This document shows positions 63,010 to 64,000 of a stretch of 64,000 nucleotides of DNA, one piece after another. Source of the stretch: Octopus sinensis (Eukaryota); NCBI RefSeq assembly GCF_006345805.1, contig NC_042997.1, forward strand, positions 43,586,001 to 43,650,000, read 5' to 3'. Within the stretch, counting starts at the first letter, position 1, and every line of letters begins with the position of its first letter. Below the pieces are notes generated by a model. The model was not told where the DNA came from. It made no database searches and was given only the letters and a program-made list of their open reading frames with translations. The position numbers and the translations under genes are program-made.

Positions 63010-63330
63010 AGGTTTCGGCCGGTATAGGCCCAGGCCATGTTTAACTCAATAGCACCACCTGGTGAAGTATTTTAGTCATATATGGGGCACTGTGGCCCAC
63101 TCTAGCAAAACGTTATTATTGTTGGAGACATATCTGGGTGTAGGAGGTTGGTCCGGGATTTTTTGTCCAGTGAACATTTGAATTTAATGAGATTCGTTTC
63201 CTTTTTGATGTATTTTGGTATGGCATTAAAGAGAGCTGGAGCGGTTCAGGTAAAGTAATTGTGACGTAATGTTGCTATGTGTACCGAGTTCGATTTTTGT
63301 AGTAGGCGGGTAGCACGGGGGCCAACGGTA
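63010..63330 (-). mobile_element. CR1-like LINE 3' end
   Basis: Minus translation APALFNAIPKYIKKETNLIKFKCSLDK...PDQPPTPRY; 3' end CATGGCCTGGGCCTATACCGGCCGAAAC. Confidence 0.78.
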
Positions 63331-64000
63331 ATGTATATTACTGGAGTCGTTTTAACTGAACGTCTCCGAAATTCGTGGTCGCATGCAAATATTAGAAATC
63401 AATGATTTTGTAACGGGCGGGTAGCCAGGAAAGTATAATAGAGTGGTTTCCCTTGACTCGCTTGCCAGCACGAAGATCAACATTTTACTGGGTGAATCTT
63501 CGAAAGTTACGTTGTTTCTGTTTCTTTCAAAGTCAGTGTGACCAAGTAACTAAAATTAAGGGTTGAAATAGAGCCACAGACTTTGCTTACCATGGGTCTA
63601 CTTTCTATTCTACAGTAGCCAGACTATATAGACAATTTATAGAAAATATTTCAGGGACCGGAGTGACAGCTTAAGAAGACAACAACGACGACGATAACAA
63701 CAAAACAACATTATTACAAAACAAAAGCTGGTACTTATATTGATAATGCTGATCCGACACAGCGATAATGCTAATAATGAAAAATAATTGACGAAATAAT
63801 GAAGAGATAATAATTCATTATGTTGAGTGACAGAAAGAGCAGCGTGCTCAGACTAAATGCGTCAGAGTATTTAGTAATAATCTATTAAGTTCTTATTTCA
63901 GATCTCATTGTATTAAAATTTTATTTTTCATTCACCCGTGAGTCGATAAAATAAGTACCAGCCATGAGCTGAGAGATCGACTCGGTCGAATCTACATATT

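Noticed and set aside
63012-63039. GGCC...GGCC-GAAAC as a hammerhead half
   Set aside because: There is no CUGANGA upstream; it is better explained as a CR1-like 3' stem-loop.

Overview
Repeat-dense eukaryotic genomic DNA, most likely from an octopod cephalopod. That assignment is inferred from the SINE families and the kb-scale (ATGT)n/(TA)n tracts and cannot be confirmed here. I can identify no intact host gene, and nearly all listed ORFs are microsatellite or satellite artefacts or TE debris. The window holds three tRNA-headed SINE families (called A, B and C here), fragments of RLE-type (R4/Dong-like), RTE and CR1-like LINEs, and a Penelope-like element. It also holds a non-autonomous Helitron, several MITE/foldback elements, LTR remnants and two CpG-rich promoter-like islands. 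The most notable observations are: (1) a 4.6-kb 18-bp satellite built from the 5' end of the SINE it is attached to, with a two-unit version on another copy; (2) several minimal hammerhead-ribozyme-like motifs with recurring non-canonical cores; (3) a U6 snRNA/SINE chimera; (4) a CATGGCC-hairpin-GAAAC 3' end shared by two CR1-like LINEs and SINE B; (5) multimeric SINE C copies that appear to have inserted as single units; (6) a nest of RLE LINEs in (TAA)n tracts; (7) an RTE element ending in three C2H2 fingers. TE boundaries are approximate unless a TIR or TSD is quoted.
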